From NCBI RefSeq assembly GCF_009914755.1, contig NC_060934.1: a DNA stretch of 64,000 nt. One strand, given 5' to 3'. Shown here one piece after another: positions 14,079 through 32,650 of the stretch. The translations under genes and the position numbers were made by a program. Within the stretch, counting starts at the first letter, position 1. The number at the start of each line of letters is the position of its first letter. Below the pieces are notes generated by a model. That model did no database searches, was not told the DNA's origin, and saw only the letters and a program-made list of their open reading frames with translations. This DNA is from the human T2T-CHM13v2.0 reference genome, Homo sapiens.

Positions 14079-14234
14079 CCTAGATAATCATCCACTGGGA
14101 CGATGAAAGGCACACATCCTCTCCTTCCTCCCGTCGATCAAAAGACGCATCTGGATTGGTTTCTTGATTTTGTCGATGATGACCTAAGAGAAAGGGAGTT
14201 TAACCTCCAGGAGCTGAACTCAGCAGTGGGACTG

Positions 14235-14635
14235 TGCTGCCTCATCTCCAGCTACTAACCGTTCTATCCACCCTGACCCTCTCACTGTTCTCAGAACAGG
14301 TTGGAACCTCTTACGACGTTGTGCTTGTCCCACTGCCTGGAATGCTTTTTCTCTCTTTCCTCACACATCAAACTCCTGTCACCTTTCATAAGCTTGCTCA
14401 CATGGCATCTTTTCTGGGAAACATTCCTCATTTTCCCCAGGTAGGATTAGGTACTGTACCTTCTGTTTACTTATGCCTCTAATAAATTACAGTAGTACAG
14501 GAAAGTATGCATGTCTGTTTTCCTTTCTGGACTGGGAACTCCTGGAGGATCTTACACCCCTTGTGATCACCTCTGTGTCCTCAGCCCCTAACACAGAGCA
14601 GGCATGTAATCCATATCTGTTGCATGGCTGCATGA
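14235..14635 (+). mobile_element. L2 3' region
   Basis: gcctggaatgcttttt...ctggactgggaactcctggagg...cctaacacagagcaggcatgtaa. Confidence 0.65.
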
Positions 14636-14959
14636 AAATACAGGTGAACTGGCTGTGAATGCCTTTTGTGGGACTCTGGGAAGTTCTCGTTCTTCCAGGC
14701 AGCTGTGTGGGCTGTGTTAATCATAAATTTCTGGATCCATGAGGCTCCCAAGTTAAAGACTGGGTCAGCACTGAGCAAAATTGTCAAGGGAGATGGGACT
14801 ATCCAGTAACCACTTTCCCCTCTCATGCCTGGCATACCTCCGATTGCCCCAGACTTTCATGCAGCCCCTGCACTGAGGTTGGTTCCCTGTGGCTAAATTC
14901 CACCCCTCCCAAATCAGAGCCTACCTATCTCCTTAAAGAGTCAGTGCCCATTTGTCCGG

Positions 14960-15190
14960 GGCTTGCTATGCGCCAAACGCTCTACAGAAACTGCTTTGTG
15001 CACATCATCGCATTCAGTGGCCACAACAATTCTGTAAACATAGGCGTCATCATTTCCATTTCATATGGAGGAAACTGCAGTTTGTGGTGGTTAAGTAATT
15101 TGCTCACAGCAAGGTGGTCAGGCAGAGCTGGGATTCAAACTCAAGCCTGTCTGACTTACTAATTGGCACTTTGAAATGCTACTCTGTGCC
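14960..15190 (-). mobile_element. MIR
   Basis: ccatttcatatggaggaaactgcag...ggttaagtaatttgctca...ggcagagctgggattcaaactcaagcctgtctgact. Confidence 0.8.
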
Positions 15191-15676
15191 ACAACAGGGG
15201 TAATGAATCAGCCGGGGAAACCCATGAAGGTGCTAACCTACCATTGTACATAATTGATCAAAACACTTGCTCTGAACAGTGAGCTGTTTTAGATACACTT
15301 TACCAGGGGGAAGAGAATAATTACAAGTGACCGCAGTAGATGCCTCTATCTGGTCGATTCTGACTTTCTCAAGCTCTGACTAGCCTTTAAGACATTCTGT
15401 TTCTAAGACTGAGGACCACTGCCACAAGTCTCAGCTAGTTCAGGGATCCTACGTCTGTGAAGCCCTGGGAAGGGGGCTGGGAGTGTGAGCTGCCATTTTG
15501 CCTTTAACTTTGTCCTGTTAGTTGAGAAACATGCCACATTATTACTGACTTAAGTATTTATTTTTGGTTGGGGGATGGGGTGATTTTTTAAAAAACAATG
15601 CCCAGTGTGTGTGACTTCTGCACATAGTCATGTGAGTCACTTCCTGTTTAGTGGAAGCCCTCTTTATCCACCCCTA

Positions 15677-16105
<429 letters not shown>

Positions 16106-16199
16106 TCACCAAGATGCAGTTACGTTTATTCCCAAACTTGTTTATGCCAGTTTTTCTTGTACAAGATTGGTAAACATAGTTCAATTAAATATTATATAA

Positions 16200-16512
16200 A
16201 CCAACGAACTATGGGTACAAGACTAAAGAGCTGTCATTTTATGATCACTGAGTTAAATGCTTTGGAAAAATTTCATAAAGCAAATGTTACCGAGTTTTTT
16301 TAAAAAAAGGAAGCCAACAAATTATATGAGAGCAGGCCAAGAGAGCTTAAAACAAGAAAGGCAGAACTTTATCATCTAAAGTAGCCTGTGCTCAGTTTGC
16401 CTTTCAAGGGTCTTTATACTCTGCTCCATTTTAAAGAAACCCTAAACTGGAAATTGGCGGGGGGCAACAGTTTATGAGTATTTTGGGATAAAAACTATGA
16501 AGTGGGACTAAT
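16200..16512 (+). mobile_element. Ancient Tigger (Tigger15-like) transposase N-terminal relic
   Basis: Degraded coding remnants resembling pogo/Tigger LNALE... and ...QIASQ.SL...LKKPKLEI (aaagaaaccctaaactggaaatt). Confidence 0.5.
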
Positions 16513-16514
16513 CA

Positions 16515-16787
16515 CAGGGCAGCCAGCAAGGAAACATGGACCTCAATCCCGGAGCCCAGTGGAACTGAATTCTACCAGCAACCTGACTGGGGCTAAGAAG
16601 GGACAGATTCTACCCCAGAGCCTGGTCCAGCCAGCAACTTGATTTTGGCCTTGTCAGACTCAATGCGGGGAAACCAGCTGTGCCCACTGGCTTTTGACCT
16701 TCAGAAATAGGAGGAAACACATGTGCATTGCATTCAGCAGTGAAGCCCAGGGTAATCTGTTAGAGCAGCCATGGAAAACCAACCCAG
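16515..16787 (+). mobile_element. MLT1 MaLR LTR 3' portion
   Basis: cagccagcaaggaaacatggacctcaatcc...gaactgaattctaccagcaacctg...ggtaatctgttagagcagccatggaaaacc. Confidence 0.75.
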
Positions 16788-16933
16788 CAAGCATGTCCTC
16801 CCCTCTGCTTGTGCCTATCCAGACCACCAATCCCATATTTTTCCCAGGCCCTTTCACCACACTCTGCTCAGTATGGCTTTCCAGGCCCTCGGCACTGGTG
16901 TTGCCTCAGCTTTGCTTTTAAAACTTGCCTTTC

Positions 16934-17241
16934 CGCTGGGTGCGGTGGCTCACACTTGTAATCCTAGCACTTTGGGAGGCCGAGGAGGGCGGATCACCTG
17001 AGGTCAGGAGTTCAAGACCAGCCTGGCCAATGTGGTGAAACCTTGTCTCTACTAAAAATACAAAAATCAGCCAGGTGTGGTGGTGGGCACCTATAATTCC
17101 AGCTACGCAGCAGGCTGAAGCAGGAGAATCACTTGAACCCAGGAGGCAGAGGCTACAGTGAGCTGAGATCACACCCACTGCACTCCAGCCTAGGCAACAA
17201 GAGTGAAACTCCATCTGAAAAATAAATGAATAAAATAAAAA
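16934..17241 (+). mobile_element. AluSq-like
   Basis: ggcaacaagagtgaaactcc; perfect 14-bp TSD aaaacttgcctttc (16920-16933 / 17242-17255) at a TTTT/AAAA site. Confidence 0.95.
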
Positions 17242-18129
17242 AAAACTTGCCTTTCACACAAACTGTCTCCCCTAATAAGCTAAGGAGAGTCACTCTCACC
17301 TAAAAACAGACTGTGCTTCCGTGCCTCTGAGCATTTGCTCAGTCCTGTTCCCCTCCTCACAGCCTCCTAGATACATCTGACTCATCTTTCCAGGCCCAGC
17401 TGAGACCCAGGCTTCCCTATGCAGGTCGCCTCCTTGTGTGACTGCTGTGGCCTGCTGAGAACTTGCTGCTCATGTTTCCCTCTGGGCCTTCGTCTTCTGT
17501 TGGGGGTGTTTTCTTCTCTCTCTGGATTGACGGCATAAGAATTAGTATATTGTACGTGATCCATGGCTCCTGTGAGGGACTGGATGTTACCATGATCCAT
17601 ACAAACACCTGCAGAGCTCTTTTGTATGTAGTGGTTGATTTCTGGGGTCCTTGCTTTGAGTTATCTCTCCTTCAATATCAAGATAAGGATTTGATCTCTT
17701 CTAAAGTGTCTTGTAAATGACTTCTTTAAATGATTTTTGTTCCAAAGAAGGGTGTCTCTCTGAACATGGAGCCAGCCCCTCGGATTTGTGGCTGCTTCCA
17801 TTGCTGATGTATCACGTACAATCCTGTATGAACATCCATTGTGTGTACTCTGAGAGAGTGTCCTATAGCACCAGCACATGGGGACACTATCCAGGGAGAG
17901 ATGGCAGGATGCTGGGGTGGGGAGTAGGAGCCAGGGAATATTTTGAAAGCATTTGACTTATTTTCCACTGTAGCTATCTATTCTTCATTCCATGCTAATG
18001 GGATAATTTGATCAATGAATGAACTGGGAAAAGGCAGGAGATGCATAAAAAGTGTAAAAGCGCATAGCTACAAATGAGTGGGCAGATTTACCACCTTCTC
18101 CCCAGAATCAGATCTGTCTGCCATCCGCA

Positions 18130-18450
18130 CCGGGAATGAGACAGGCAGATCCGAGCTTTGGCTTAATTACACATAATTTGGGTGACAGCTGAAATGCAAA
18201 CCTAAACATTCAATCAGTTAAAAATACACAAAATTAAGCATTTCACACAGTGTCCAACCCCTTCAATCTTTATTAATACTTTAATTATGTTAATTATACC
18301 ATGGTTTCAAGCCCTGCTACTACAACAAGCAGGGGGTGGAGGTGGGGAAGAGGCAGTCCTCGAGCTAAATAATGATTGCATTCGAATTAAAAGTAGGAAT
18401 GGAATGCAAAGTAGCAAAGAATCACAAATACATAATTCAGCAGTTTACCC
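18130..18450. promoter_or_regulatory. Candidate developmental enhancer / conserved non-coding element
   Basis: Repeat-free; three TAATTA, TGACAGCTG, TCAATCA; conservation not verifiable here. Confidence 0.4.
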
Positions 18451-19189
18451 ACCCTGTTCACACTTCTTTTTTTCCTGCCTGGCAGTGTTTCTGAAGGGTG
18501 GGTCCAAGTCTGACTCATCCTCTGAGTGTACTGTACATAGTAAGTGCTCAGTAAACATCTGTTGAATTAATTTTTCATCAAGGATGCTGAAATTGTATCC
18601 ATAGATATAAAAAGATGTGAGCAGATGTTTGGGATATATATATTGAAATGGCGGTGGCCAATATTATGGCTGACAGTTATTTGTGGGTTAGTGGGAACAG
18701 TGGTGGTGCAGGGGGTAGGGGCGAGAGGAAGAAAGAGAGGAACAGAAAATGACCAGGATTGCAGAGATTCATCACCCTTCTATGAAGTCACTTGATTTCT
18801 TTGGACTCAGTTTCTCCGCATCTCTAACAAATGAGGAGGAGGAGATTAGACCTTAATGGTTATCAAACTTTGTTCTCCTGGATTCCTCAAAGGAACATCA
18901 GGGACTCCACTGCGTATGTGTGTTGGAGGGACATCTGGAGGATAAGGTTCTGCTTTAATTTATTTATTGGATGTCTAAGAGTTTTATTCTAAAAGTTGCT
19001 TAAAAATGGTTTGGAAACTTCTGCATGTGATAGCCTTTTTAACCTCTAACTCACCCACTCACAGACAGTCTCCTGTGCTCTGGTTGGAGGGTTTCCATTG
19101 GTCCAACACTTCACCTGTCTTGTCCTTTGTCCTGGGTATGTGGGTCCCCCTTACTCATCTGCTTTTCTAGCCCCCATGTGATTTTACTT

Positions 19190-19530
19190 TTCACCTTCCA
19201 TGTCTTTGCTCATCTTGGGCTGAAATGTCCTTCCTCTCTGTCTGCACCTATCAACATCCTACAGTTCACTAAGCCTGGTACCCAGTTGCCTCCTCTGGAA
19301 AGACTTCCTGGACTGCACTTGTCATTGGTGCTCTCTCCTCTTTCCAGATTCCTTTGATTCACAGTGCCTGACTCACATTCCTCCTTTTTTTCATATGTGC
19401 TAGTCTTGTCTTATTGACTAGATAATCAATTTCTCAAATGAGAAACATTCAGCCTTCTCTTGAGTCTTTCTTCCACTCTGCCTTAGACTGGACACATAGG
19501 TGACTACTCAAGAAGTCTTACTACACATCC
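19190..19530 (+). mobile_element. L2 fragment
   Basis: gctgaaatgtccttcctctct...gttgcctcctctggaaagacttcctg...ctggacacataggtgactactcaagaag. Confidence 0.55.
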
Positions 19531-20295
19531 AATAGCATTTGACAGGGAGTTAGCCACATAAAATCCAATGAGCCTCTAGCCAGAGAGAATTCAGTTGCTG
19601 AAACTACAACAATGAATGACTGTACTTTAGATTTTTTACTTTATAGTTTGCTGAGCTGAAACCAAAATGTCACTTGGGTGACTTGCACAAGATAGGTTTT
19701 TAGGTTTTGCTAGGCTGACATGTACAGAATCATCAGTTGTTGGGAGTGTCTTTTTAATATCAACAGAGAAAACCTTGAAGATTCATAAATCTGAAATAGA
19801 AATGCAGTGTTTGCTTCAAAGAGCAATTCCTTAGTTTGTTGTTGGTGAGAACTGGCTCTGTGACTGTACCTTTTGCCCAAGTATCCTTAGCTAAGCTAAA
19901 TGTCTTCAGAGTCTCACAAATAGTTCTCATATTCTGTGGTTATCACTACTGAGATTCTCCCTGGTGCACAGAATTGACATTGGAGCTCTCCATGTAGTTT
20001 TTGGTGGCCGGCTCAAGTTGCTGTCTCATCACTCCTTAACTCTACATCCTACAAGTCACCAGTGTGGGGGCAAAGGTTCAAAAAGGAACCAATTCACTAG
20101 CTTCTTGGTTCAGCAACAAGACTCTCAGCATCACAGAATCTTATAGATTATCAAAAGGAAACATAGCCCAAGTCCATTAACCTACAAATGTTGACTATTA
20201 TTTAAAACCAAACTTTATTACAATGGAGAATACAGAATTAACATAGGATACAGATTTTGCACTACAGATTTTTCTTTTTGTATGGTGTGAAAATT

Positions 20296-20298
<3 letters not shown>

Positions 20299-20331
<33 letters not shown>

Positions 20332-20342
20332 AAAAAAAAAAA
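20299..20342. repeat. (AC)15 microsatellite followed by A12
   Basis: Directly visible. Confidence 0.95.
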
Positions 20343-22386
20343 CTATAGAGAAATATAAAAAATGACCAAGTGCTAACTATGGTTCCCAGGTACTATGAGA
20401 ATTTGGAAAGAAGAAAAATCATTATGGAAAAGTAGAAACAGCTAAGTTGTTGGGTCCATTTTTCACACTCAAAAGATTTTTTTTCTAATTATTGCTTCTA
20501 CTCCTGGGCCTCCCTTTTTTTTGGAAGGAAGTGTCTGCCAAGGTACATCTGCTGAACAATAATTCATTCACACCCCAATAAAAGTATGAATATTACCAAT
20601 CAGCCCTCTTGCAAACAAGAAAGAGATAACCGGATGTCCACACTGAACTAATGATAATTTCAGCCAAAAGGCAAAGAAGCTTCATGTTTTTATCAGCCTT
20701 TGTATCTTATTGCAAGTGGATGCATTATTTGTTGTCATTTGTTGGTTTCAGATATTGAAATTAGCTTTCAGAAAATCTGTGTACTACATTGTGGGGACCA
20801 CTAAGAATCTTCCACATGGATTGGGAATCCTGTGCCAAGGAGTTTGCTCATAATCATGGAAGAAGATCAAGATCAGTGTAGGTGGAAGTGACTTGGATCT
20901 TGCAATAACTAGGGCTTGGTCAAGCAATGTGGGGGTGGGGGGATGTGCCAAGGAATCAGGCAATGTCCATAAATTCAGTCCCTTTTGTGCACCATTGCTG
21001 ACTGTTCCAAGGCCACACATCTGACTTCCCATTCCTCCTAATTTTGTGAGCTCGTACTCCATGAGTGGGAGAAGATGGATCACCATTTTGTGAACTGTGC
21101 TGTTTTGCATCTCACCCCAAAAACGCATCCCAAATTGAGCATATGTGATCTTCAGTAACATTCAGGAATTTCCCATCACTTGAAGTCTTTAGTTACAGCC
21201 ACACCTTTTAAAAACAAAATAGATGATTTTGAGGATGTCATTGGCTAATTTGCAGACCTGCTTTGCATTGGCATCTAGACCAGTGTTCGTTACTGGAGGC
21301 ACATCTCTCTGTCGGGTGATTCAGACTGTATATGAGATTGGGGGGTGTACCTTGACCACATCAAGTTGTGAATGGAAGATGCTGCCTTGGTAATTTTACC
21401 CAAGACCCTGGTTGTATCCATTTAATAAAATTAGAACATGTATCATTTGAGAAGGGAAAGTAATTATCTCTGTTAGTTGTAATCTCCTCAAATTCAAATG
21501 CATGACATAGAGATTTCTCTTCAATGGCACAGTTATAGACTTGGTGGTTAATTAAACATCTTTTCTAATCAAATTAGCTTTCATTTCCTAAGTGGAGGTT
21601 TTTAACCTGGAAGTGGCTTTGAAACATTGTTTCTTTCAGCCATCACCTATGAAAGGAAAGATAATGTCCCTTCAAAGGACTCCTCTAACAGTGAATAATT
21701 ATTCTTTGTTTGACTGCAAATGCACATTCTTGAAATAATATATTCGTAAAGTTTCATAAATTATTTCAAGACATATTAAAGAGCATTGGAAATAGTTCTA
21801 CTCCCTCCAGGAGGTTGCCAAGAAAAAGTTTTGTCCTTTAAAATTTGAAACAAATTATTATTCACTGGGGGGACATCATTGGAGCTTCCCCTAGCTCCAG
21901 CTGACAGGAACAATTTGAGCTAACCTGTTAATGGTAATGCTTTTAAAATTTAGAGATACTCTTAAGTGGAGCAATTTTTAAAAATTAAAACTATAGCTAG
22001 GGGGAATTGCCTTTGGAGGTCATGCAATGTTAGGGACACTGCACATCTACCTGGATCAGGGCCTGGATTCCAGCTGCCTGGGTTGCATGTTACATCATGG
22101 CCCATGGAGGTGAGGGAGACAGGAGTGTCTCTGGTTGAATTTCAACTAAATGCTCCCAGGCATAATTCTCCTGAGACTTGCAGCTTGGCTATAAAATACA
22201 GCATAATATAGCACAAAAGCTACTGTAATTGGGGTTGGGAAAACGGAGTTCCAGTCCCAGAAGTCACATAACGTTGTAAAAAATCCACTATTTTCTCATC
22301 TGCACAATGAAAGAATTGGCTTAAATAATCTCCCATATCCCTTCTAACTCCAACATTTTGTGCTTTTACTGTAAGATGTCACTTGA

Positions 22387-22705
<319 letters not shown>

Positions 22706-23939
22706 GCAACATCATTTCTTAATAGCTCATTTTGTAGCTTACCTGGTAAGTGATAACTACATTTCTGAAGACTTATTGACTAGATAGTTATGGCATGGAA
22801 CAAGCCTTATATCCTCATCTGAACTGAAATCTCTGAGGAAAACAAGAAAACAAGAAAGCAAAGGAGACCAGCACTTGCTTGGGCACTCACAATGTGGCAG
22901 GAGCTGTACTTGGTGATTTTGGGGCTTTTGTTTTCTGCTATTGGAGTTGAATGAAGTGCTGGGAACAGCAGAACTCTCCATAAATTCTGCCTGGATTAAA
23001 TGCAACCACCTGCCACATAACTAATGGGGCCCAAGTTTAGAAAGAAAATCAGTTTCTTTGCAGCTGTTCTTACAACCTGCCTGTTGTTCTTCAGAAACCA
23101 AATTCCGAAATATCATCTCACAGGCAGTTAAAATGCTAAATGAGGAGCACTGGGTTGAGAATGGTGTAGTAAGGTGATGGTTGGGGGATGTCAGCAGGAC
23201 TCAAAGACCTGGGCCTCAGCTGTTTCTCTCATCAGTTTGCTATTTTACACATTGACTTGAGCATGGACGAGAGTGTTCAGGAGCAAATACCTTTTAGGTA
23301 GCAGACTGAGCATGTGCAGGTTTGACTCTTCTTGTGCTCCTAGGACAGAGCAAGTTTCATTTTGAGGGATGGGAGGAGGTGTACCTTGCTGTATCTGAGA
23401 TGGCAAATGCAAGGCACGTGTTCAGCTATCCCCATATCTGGCAGACATTGCTAATCTATGATGGCTCTCTTTCTGAGCTCCAATAGCCTCAGAATCCTTT
23501 CAACAGAGCTTTCTGGACAGCCATTATCAAATGGCAGGTGTTGGCACAGGAGATGAAGTCTGTTTGTCAAGATTTGGGCTAAGTAGTAGATTCTTTCTTG
23601 AAAAAAAAAAAAGTGTGCATCCGTCACATTTGTGGGTAATCCAAAGCCCTTTTTTAGTTTAAGTGCAGGACAGGACTTGACTTTATAGAAGGACACAGTG
23701 GGGATCATTTTTCTTCTACATCTGAAGTTATCCATGTCCCAATTCTACTTAACCACGTTGTTCTTGAAAAAAGAGAAATTGGGAGGAATTTCTTGTGAAT
23801 TGATCTGTAGTTGCCTGATTTATAAAATGGGTGTAAGTGAGAATAGATTGATAAAATGTGGTGGATACCATGGACTATCTACAGTGACTAGAATCAGCAA
23901 AGCAGAGGTTTATATCACAGCACAATGAATCTCAGAAAT

Positions 23940-25215
23940 AGGGGACTGGATGAAAGAAGAAAGAGGATGACACAATAACAATATGACTTGCATAAATTTA
24001 AAATGTACAAACAGCAAAAAGATTTCCTTAAAAAGACATAAAGAGGGTTGACTATAAAAGATTGCTAATTCTGGTCCATTTAAATGAAGAAACTTGCTCA
24101 TCAAAAATCAGCTTTAAGAACAGAAAAGGCAGGGGCCAAATGTGGTGGCTCATGCCTTTTATCCCAACATTTTGGGAGGCCAACACAGGAAGATTGCTTA
24201 AGGCCAGGAGTTAGAGACCAGTCTGGGCAACAAGCAAGACCCCATCTGTACAAAAAATAAAAATAAAAATAGCTGGACATGGTGGCATGTGCCTGTTGTC
24301 CCAGCTACTTGGGAGGCTGAAACAGGAGGATCACCTGAGCTCAGTAGTTTCAGGTTACAGTGAGGTAGGATCATGCCACTGTACTCCAGCCTGGGCAACA
24401 GAGTGAGACCTTGTCTCTAAGAAAAACAAAAAACAAAAAACTGAAAAGGCACATTGTAAAGTAGATTTTTTCATTATATGCAAATGATAATGGATCAGTA
24501 TTAAGAGTATGTAAAGAACTCCTATAAACCAGTAAGAAAACTACAGATAACTCAATAGAGAAGTAGGCACAAGATGGAGACATTTTGCAGAGATGGAAAT
24601 ATTTATAGCCAATTAATTTGTGAAGAGATATTCCCAACATTAGTGACTAGGGAATTAAAAAGGAAATGTAAGATATTTTTCATAGACAAGACTGGCAAAA
24701 TTTTTTTCAAAATCAAATGTTGGAGAGTATGTATATCTACAGGAACCCTGCTATGTTGCTGATGAGAGTACAAATTGGCACAATACTTTGCAAAATTTCT
24801 CTTTTAAAGTTGAACATTAATGTAGCTCATGACACCAGCAATTCCACTGTACAACAGGAGGCATGTAAATGTTCGATAGGACGCATGTAAAGAAAGTCTT
24901 TAGAATACTCTTTTTCGTACCTAAAAACCAAAGGTCTACCAATGAGTGAATGAATGAATTGCTGTATGTATTTTCAATGGACTATTATACACCAGTTAAA
25001 ACAAGTGAAGTGGCATATGACAATATTGTATATCTTGTAATAGGTAGAAAGTGAAAAACAAATATATTTGGTAAAAATTAAGATAATAGACATATCCATA
25101 CCAGATGCATTTAAACAATTGCTTGTGAGGGGGCAAATGAGAATGGAAATGAGGAGAAAAGGAAAAATTTTAAAATACAAATGTATTATTATATACATAC
25201 ATTTTATATATGTGA
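23940..25215 (+). mobile_element. Old L1 (L1M, ME/MC-type) ORF2 3' end/3'UTR, split by AluJ
   Basis: gtaaagaactcctataaaccagtaagaaaa...aaatgttggagag...ttgctgatgagagtacaaattggcacaa...cagcaattccact. Confidence 0.7.
24134..24440 (+). mobile_element. AluJ
   Basis: J diagnostics gattgcttaaggccaggag, gaccttgtctct; TSD-like cagaaaaggca / ctgaaaaggca. Confidence 0.92.
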
Positions 25216-27130
25216 ATGTGTATGTATCGATACAAATATGTATGTATGTATATGGTATAATAATATTTTTCCATCTTCCTCATTGTTAAGTTGCATGGCT
25301 CAACTGCAATATAGTGACATGATTGAAGAGATTTCATGGCTTCATTCCCCCAAACTGTATTCCATACACATAGCAGCTATACCTTCAGCTTCAACATTAA
25401 CAATCCTTTGAAGCCAAGACATTGTATCTCTAGGAGCGACCTCCTGATTTGCTATTAAACTAGACCATAACCAATTCTTCTTGTGTGACATGAGTTATTT
25501 GGTGACAATAGAACCTGGCTGGGGGGGAATGGTTATGAGAGTGATGAGTTCTGATGTGAGGCAAATCCAGAGTTCCTTGTAGATACAGAATATTAGTGCT
25601 AGGGGGACACAGCACAACTTGGGAACTTCTGGGGACCAGGAGGGTACTCACACTGTGATGGGGAAGAAGAAGAGAATGTTATTTTCTATTACGTTCACAC
25701 TGCTTTACGATGAGTCAAGGGGAAACGCGTTGGGAAAGGGATATGGGTAAGGTTGGAGAATATGGAGAAGTAATTTTACTTTTTGAACAGTTTCTCCCTC
25801 ATGTGCTGTGTGAGATTCATATCCTCAATAGGAGCCTCATCTGTTTTTACTTCCCATATTAAATACAAACAGTGCATTACCCTCTTCTCTTACTTTTGTC
25901 ACCTGTTCCTGTAGGATATGTGGTGTCTAGAGTTCTTAGGGAGTCCTTTGGCTCTCCCAATATTGCTATTTCCTGTACAAGAATTTCAAGCTTCTACCAG
26001 AATCCATAAGAAGCCCCATCCAGGTGTAATGGATAGAAGGAAGATCTGAAAACATGAATCTGCTGCCATCTTTGTGACCTTCCCTTCTCCCTGCGTACCC
26101 TGTAGTTTTTCATCCTGATGCAATCCAATCCAGGGACATTCAGTGGCAATGGCTTCTAGAGTGGAAGGCCTGGCGGGAGCATGGAACGTGTGTATTTGGA
26201 GTGGAGTTGGCTATTGTAATACTTAGTGAATGGAATTTCATTAGGTCCTTATCTGTGTGCACTGAGGAAAAGAGGTCCTTTTACACAGTGCTTGTAATGG
26301 AGTGGAAAATTGCATTTCCCTCTTGCCCGAACAGTGCCATTAGTGGGGAGGCAGACTGTCTGCTGAGTGCAGGAAGCCACCTCGGGCAGTGCAGGGCTGA
26401 CAGCCCAAATGATGGCAGTGCCGAGAGACCCGGAAGATATTAAAATAAAAACAGCTTGTGGTGTTCTTTTTGTCCTGTAGCAGTTCTTCCCTGCAATGCA
26501 GGGAGTGATTGGATTTGAAGCACTGAGAAAAACATGTTAAGTAAGAAATTGTTTAAATAAAGTTGTTTGAGGTTGAAACTCTCCCCCAGGCATGGAGGGA
26601 AATGTAGTTAGCTGCGTGCAACTTACAGATATCCAAGAGGCACCATGGTTTTTTTGAGTCAGGCAAGTATGCAGTACACTTAAAAAATGAAATGGACAAT
26701 GAGATCTCTTCTTTGGTCATCCAGGTGGGTTCCAGCCCCACCTGGGAGGTGTGTAGGCCCTCTGATGGCCTGTTGGTGGATCAAATCACCATTTTTACTT
26801 TCCTTGGTTCTCAGAATTGCAGGTGAGAATAGCTGTGAGTCTCACTGCAAAAAACAGCAAGAGAATTACTCAGCTCTGGGGAAATTGTTGTTTCTAACCT
26901 GATAGGGTTCCTTTCTTGTGGGTTGGTGTTAGACACAGTCCCATGGGGAGCAGCCAGTGTGATAGCAGAGGAGGTGCACAGCCTGTCCTTGCCGAGGAAA
27001 CAGAATCTATGCAGCTCCTGGGCCCAAATACATCCAAATACAAAGTGGTGCAGACTAGGAATGTTGGGAGGAACTATGAGTGCAAGAGCCTTTCATGATT
27101 GCCCAAAGGCACTGGGAGAATGCAATTAAA

Positions 27131-27235
27131 GATTTTGTCACCACCAGGCCTGCCCTAAAAGAACTCCTGAAGGAAGCACTAAACATGGAAAGGAACAACC
27201 GGTACCAGCCACGGCAAAATCATGCCAAATTGTAA
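27131..27235 (+). pseudogene. L1 ORF1p C-terminal fragment
   Basis: DFVTTRPALKELLKEALNMERNNRYQPRQNHAKL-stop (TAA 27233-27235). Confidence 0.9.
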
Positions 27236-27298
27236 AGACCATCGAGGCTAGGAAGAAACTGCATCAACTAACGAGCAAAATAACCAGCTAACATCATA

Positions 27299-31123
<3,825 letters not shown>

Positions 31124-31522
31124 ACAACGAGAACACATGGACACAGGAAGGGGAACATCACACTGTGGGGACTGTTGTGGGGTGGGGGGAGTGGGGAGGG
31201 ATAGCTTTAGGAGATATACCTAATGCTAAATGACGAGTTAATGGGTGCAGCACACCAGCATGGCACATGTATACATATGTAGCTAACCTGCACATTGTGC
31301 ACATGTACCCTAAAACTTAAAGTATAATAATAATAATAATAAAAAAGAGTCTCCTTAAATACTGAATAGAGAAACCATTAGGAAATTTCATATTCAAGCT
31401 ACAGAAGAATTACCTGGTCCAGCCATTTCTTGTAGAGATGAGGAATTTCTTTCTCTGAAGGTGCAAGTATCAAAGCAGACTCCCTTGAGGCTCCTACCTC
31501 TCTCTAATGGATGTGTCTATAA

Positions 31523-31878
31523 TGTTATAGACTGAATCATGTGTTCCCCCAAAATTCATATGCTGAAATCTTAAACTGCAATGTGATGGTAATAGGAAGA
31601 GGGGTCCTCAGGAAGTGATTAAGTCATGAGGGTGGAGCCCTCATAAATGGGATTAATGCCCTTACCTGTGGGCTCCCAGAGAGCTTTCCTGCTCTCTTTT
31701 GGCCCTGTGAGGATGCAATGAGAAGTAGGCAGTGCAGCTCCAGAGAGGGCTCCCACCAGAACCAACCATGCTGACACCTGATTTGTGACTTTAGCCTCCA
31801 GAACTGTGAGAAAATTCCTATTGTTTCAGCCACCCAGTCTGTGGTCCTTTGTTATATCACCTCATTTGACTGTGACAG
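31523..31878 (+). mobile_element. MLT1A-type MaLR solo LTR
   Basis: tgttatagactgaat...cccccaaaattcatatgctgaa...gggtggagccctcataaatgggattaatgccctta...cctccagaactgtgag...gaca. Confidence 0.88.
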
Positions 31879-32352
31879 CATCTCTTCGTGGTCTTTTCTC
31901 TGTTTTCTTGTCCACTCTTTCCTCCAGCTACTCTTCTTTCACTTCCTCTTTGGGAGAATTGTCTTTCTACTTGGTCTATCCCTTGGCCTCAGCCTTCTGT
32001 TCTTGCCTGCCGGATATGGAAGGTTGACTGGGATCAGCTACCTGCCAACCATTCTGTTCTCTAGTTTCCCCAGGTATTCCTTATGTCTACATAAGTTAGG
32101 GTTGGGAAGTTGTGGCTGTGCCTCAGTAGGGCCCCTCAGCATCACAGTGGTTGCTAAGCCCTGTCCTAGGACATTATAATTTTCTAAAAATTTATATGAC
32201 TCTCAAATTCTATATGAACACATATATCATTATGTTAAAATTATTAATATATTTAAATTAGTAATGAGGGAACCAGTGATGTGGTAAAGCTGGTTCTAAG
32301 AGCACTTGAGGAACTGGGTATGTATAAGCACTGAAAAAAAAAAAAGAATGGG

Positions 32353-32650
32353 GGCCAGGCATGATGGCTCAGCCTATAATCCCAGCACTTTTGGAGACCA
32401 AGGCAGGCAGATTGCTTGAGCCCAGGAGTTCGAGACCAGCCTGGAGGAAATGGAGAAATCCCATCTCTACAAAAAATACAAAAGTTAGCCAGGCATGGTA
32501 GCATGCACCTGTGGTCCCACCTACTCAGGAGGCTATAGTAGGAGGATCACTTGAGCCTGGGAAGTTGAGGCTGCAGTGAGCCAAGGTCATGCCACTACAC
32601 TCCAGCCTGGGCAACAGAGCCAGACCCTGTCTCAAAAAAGAAAAAAAAAA
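32353..32650 (+). mobile_element. AluJ
   Basis: gattgcttgagcccaggagttcgag, gaggatcacttgagcctggg, gaccctgtctc, A tail. Confidence 0.93.
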
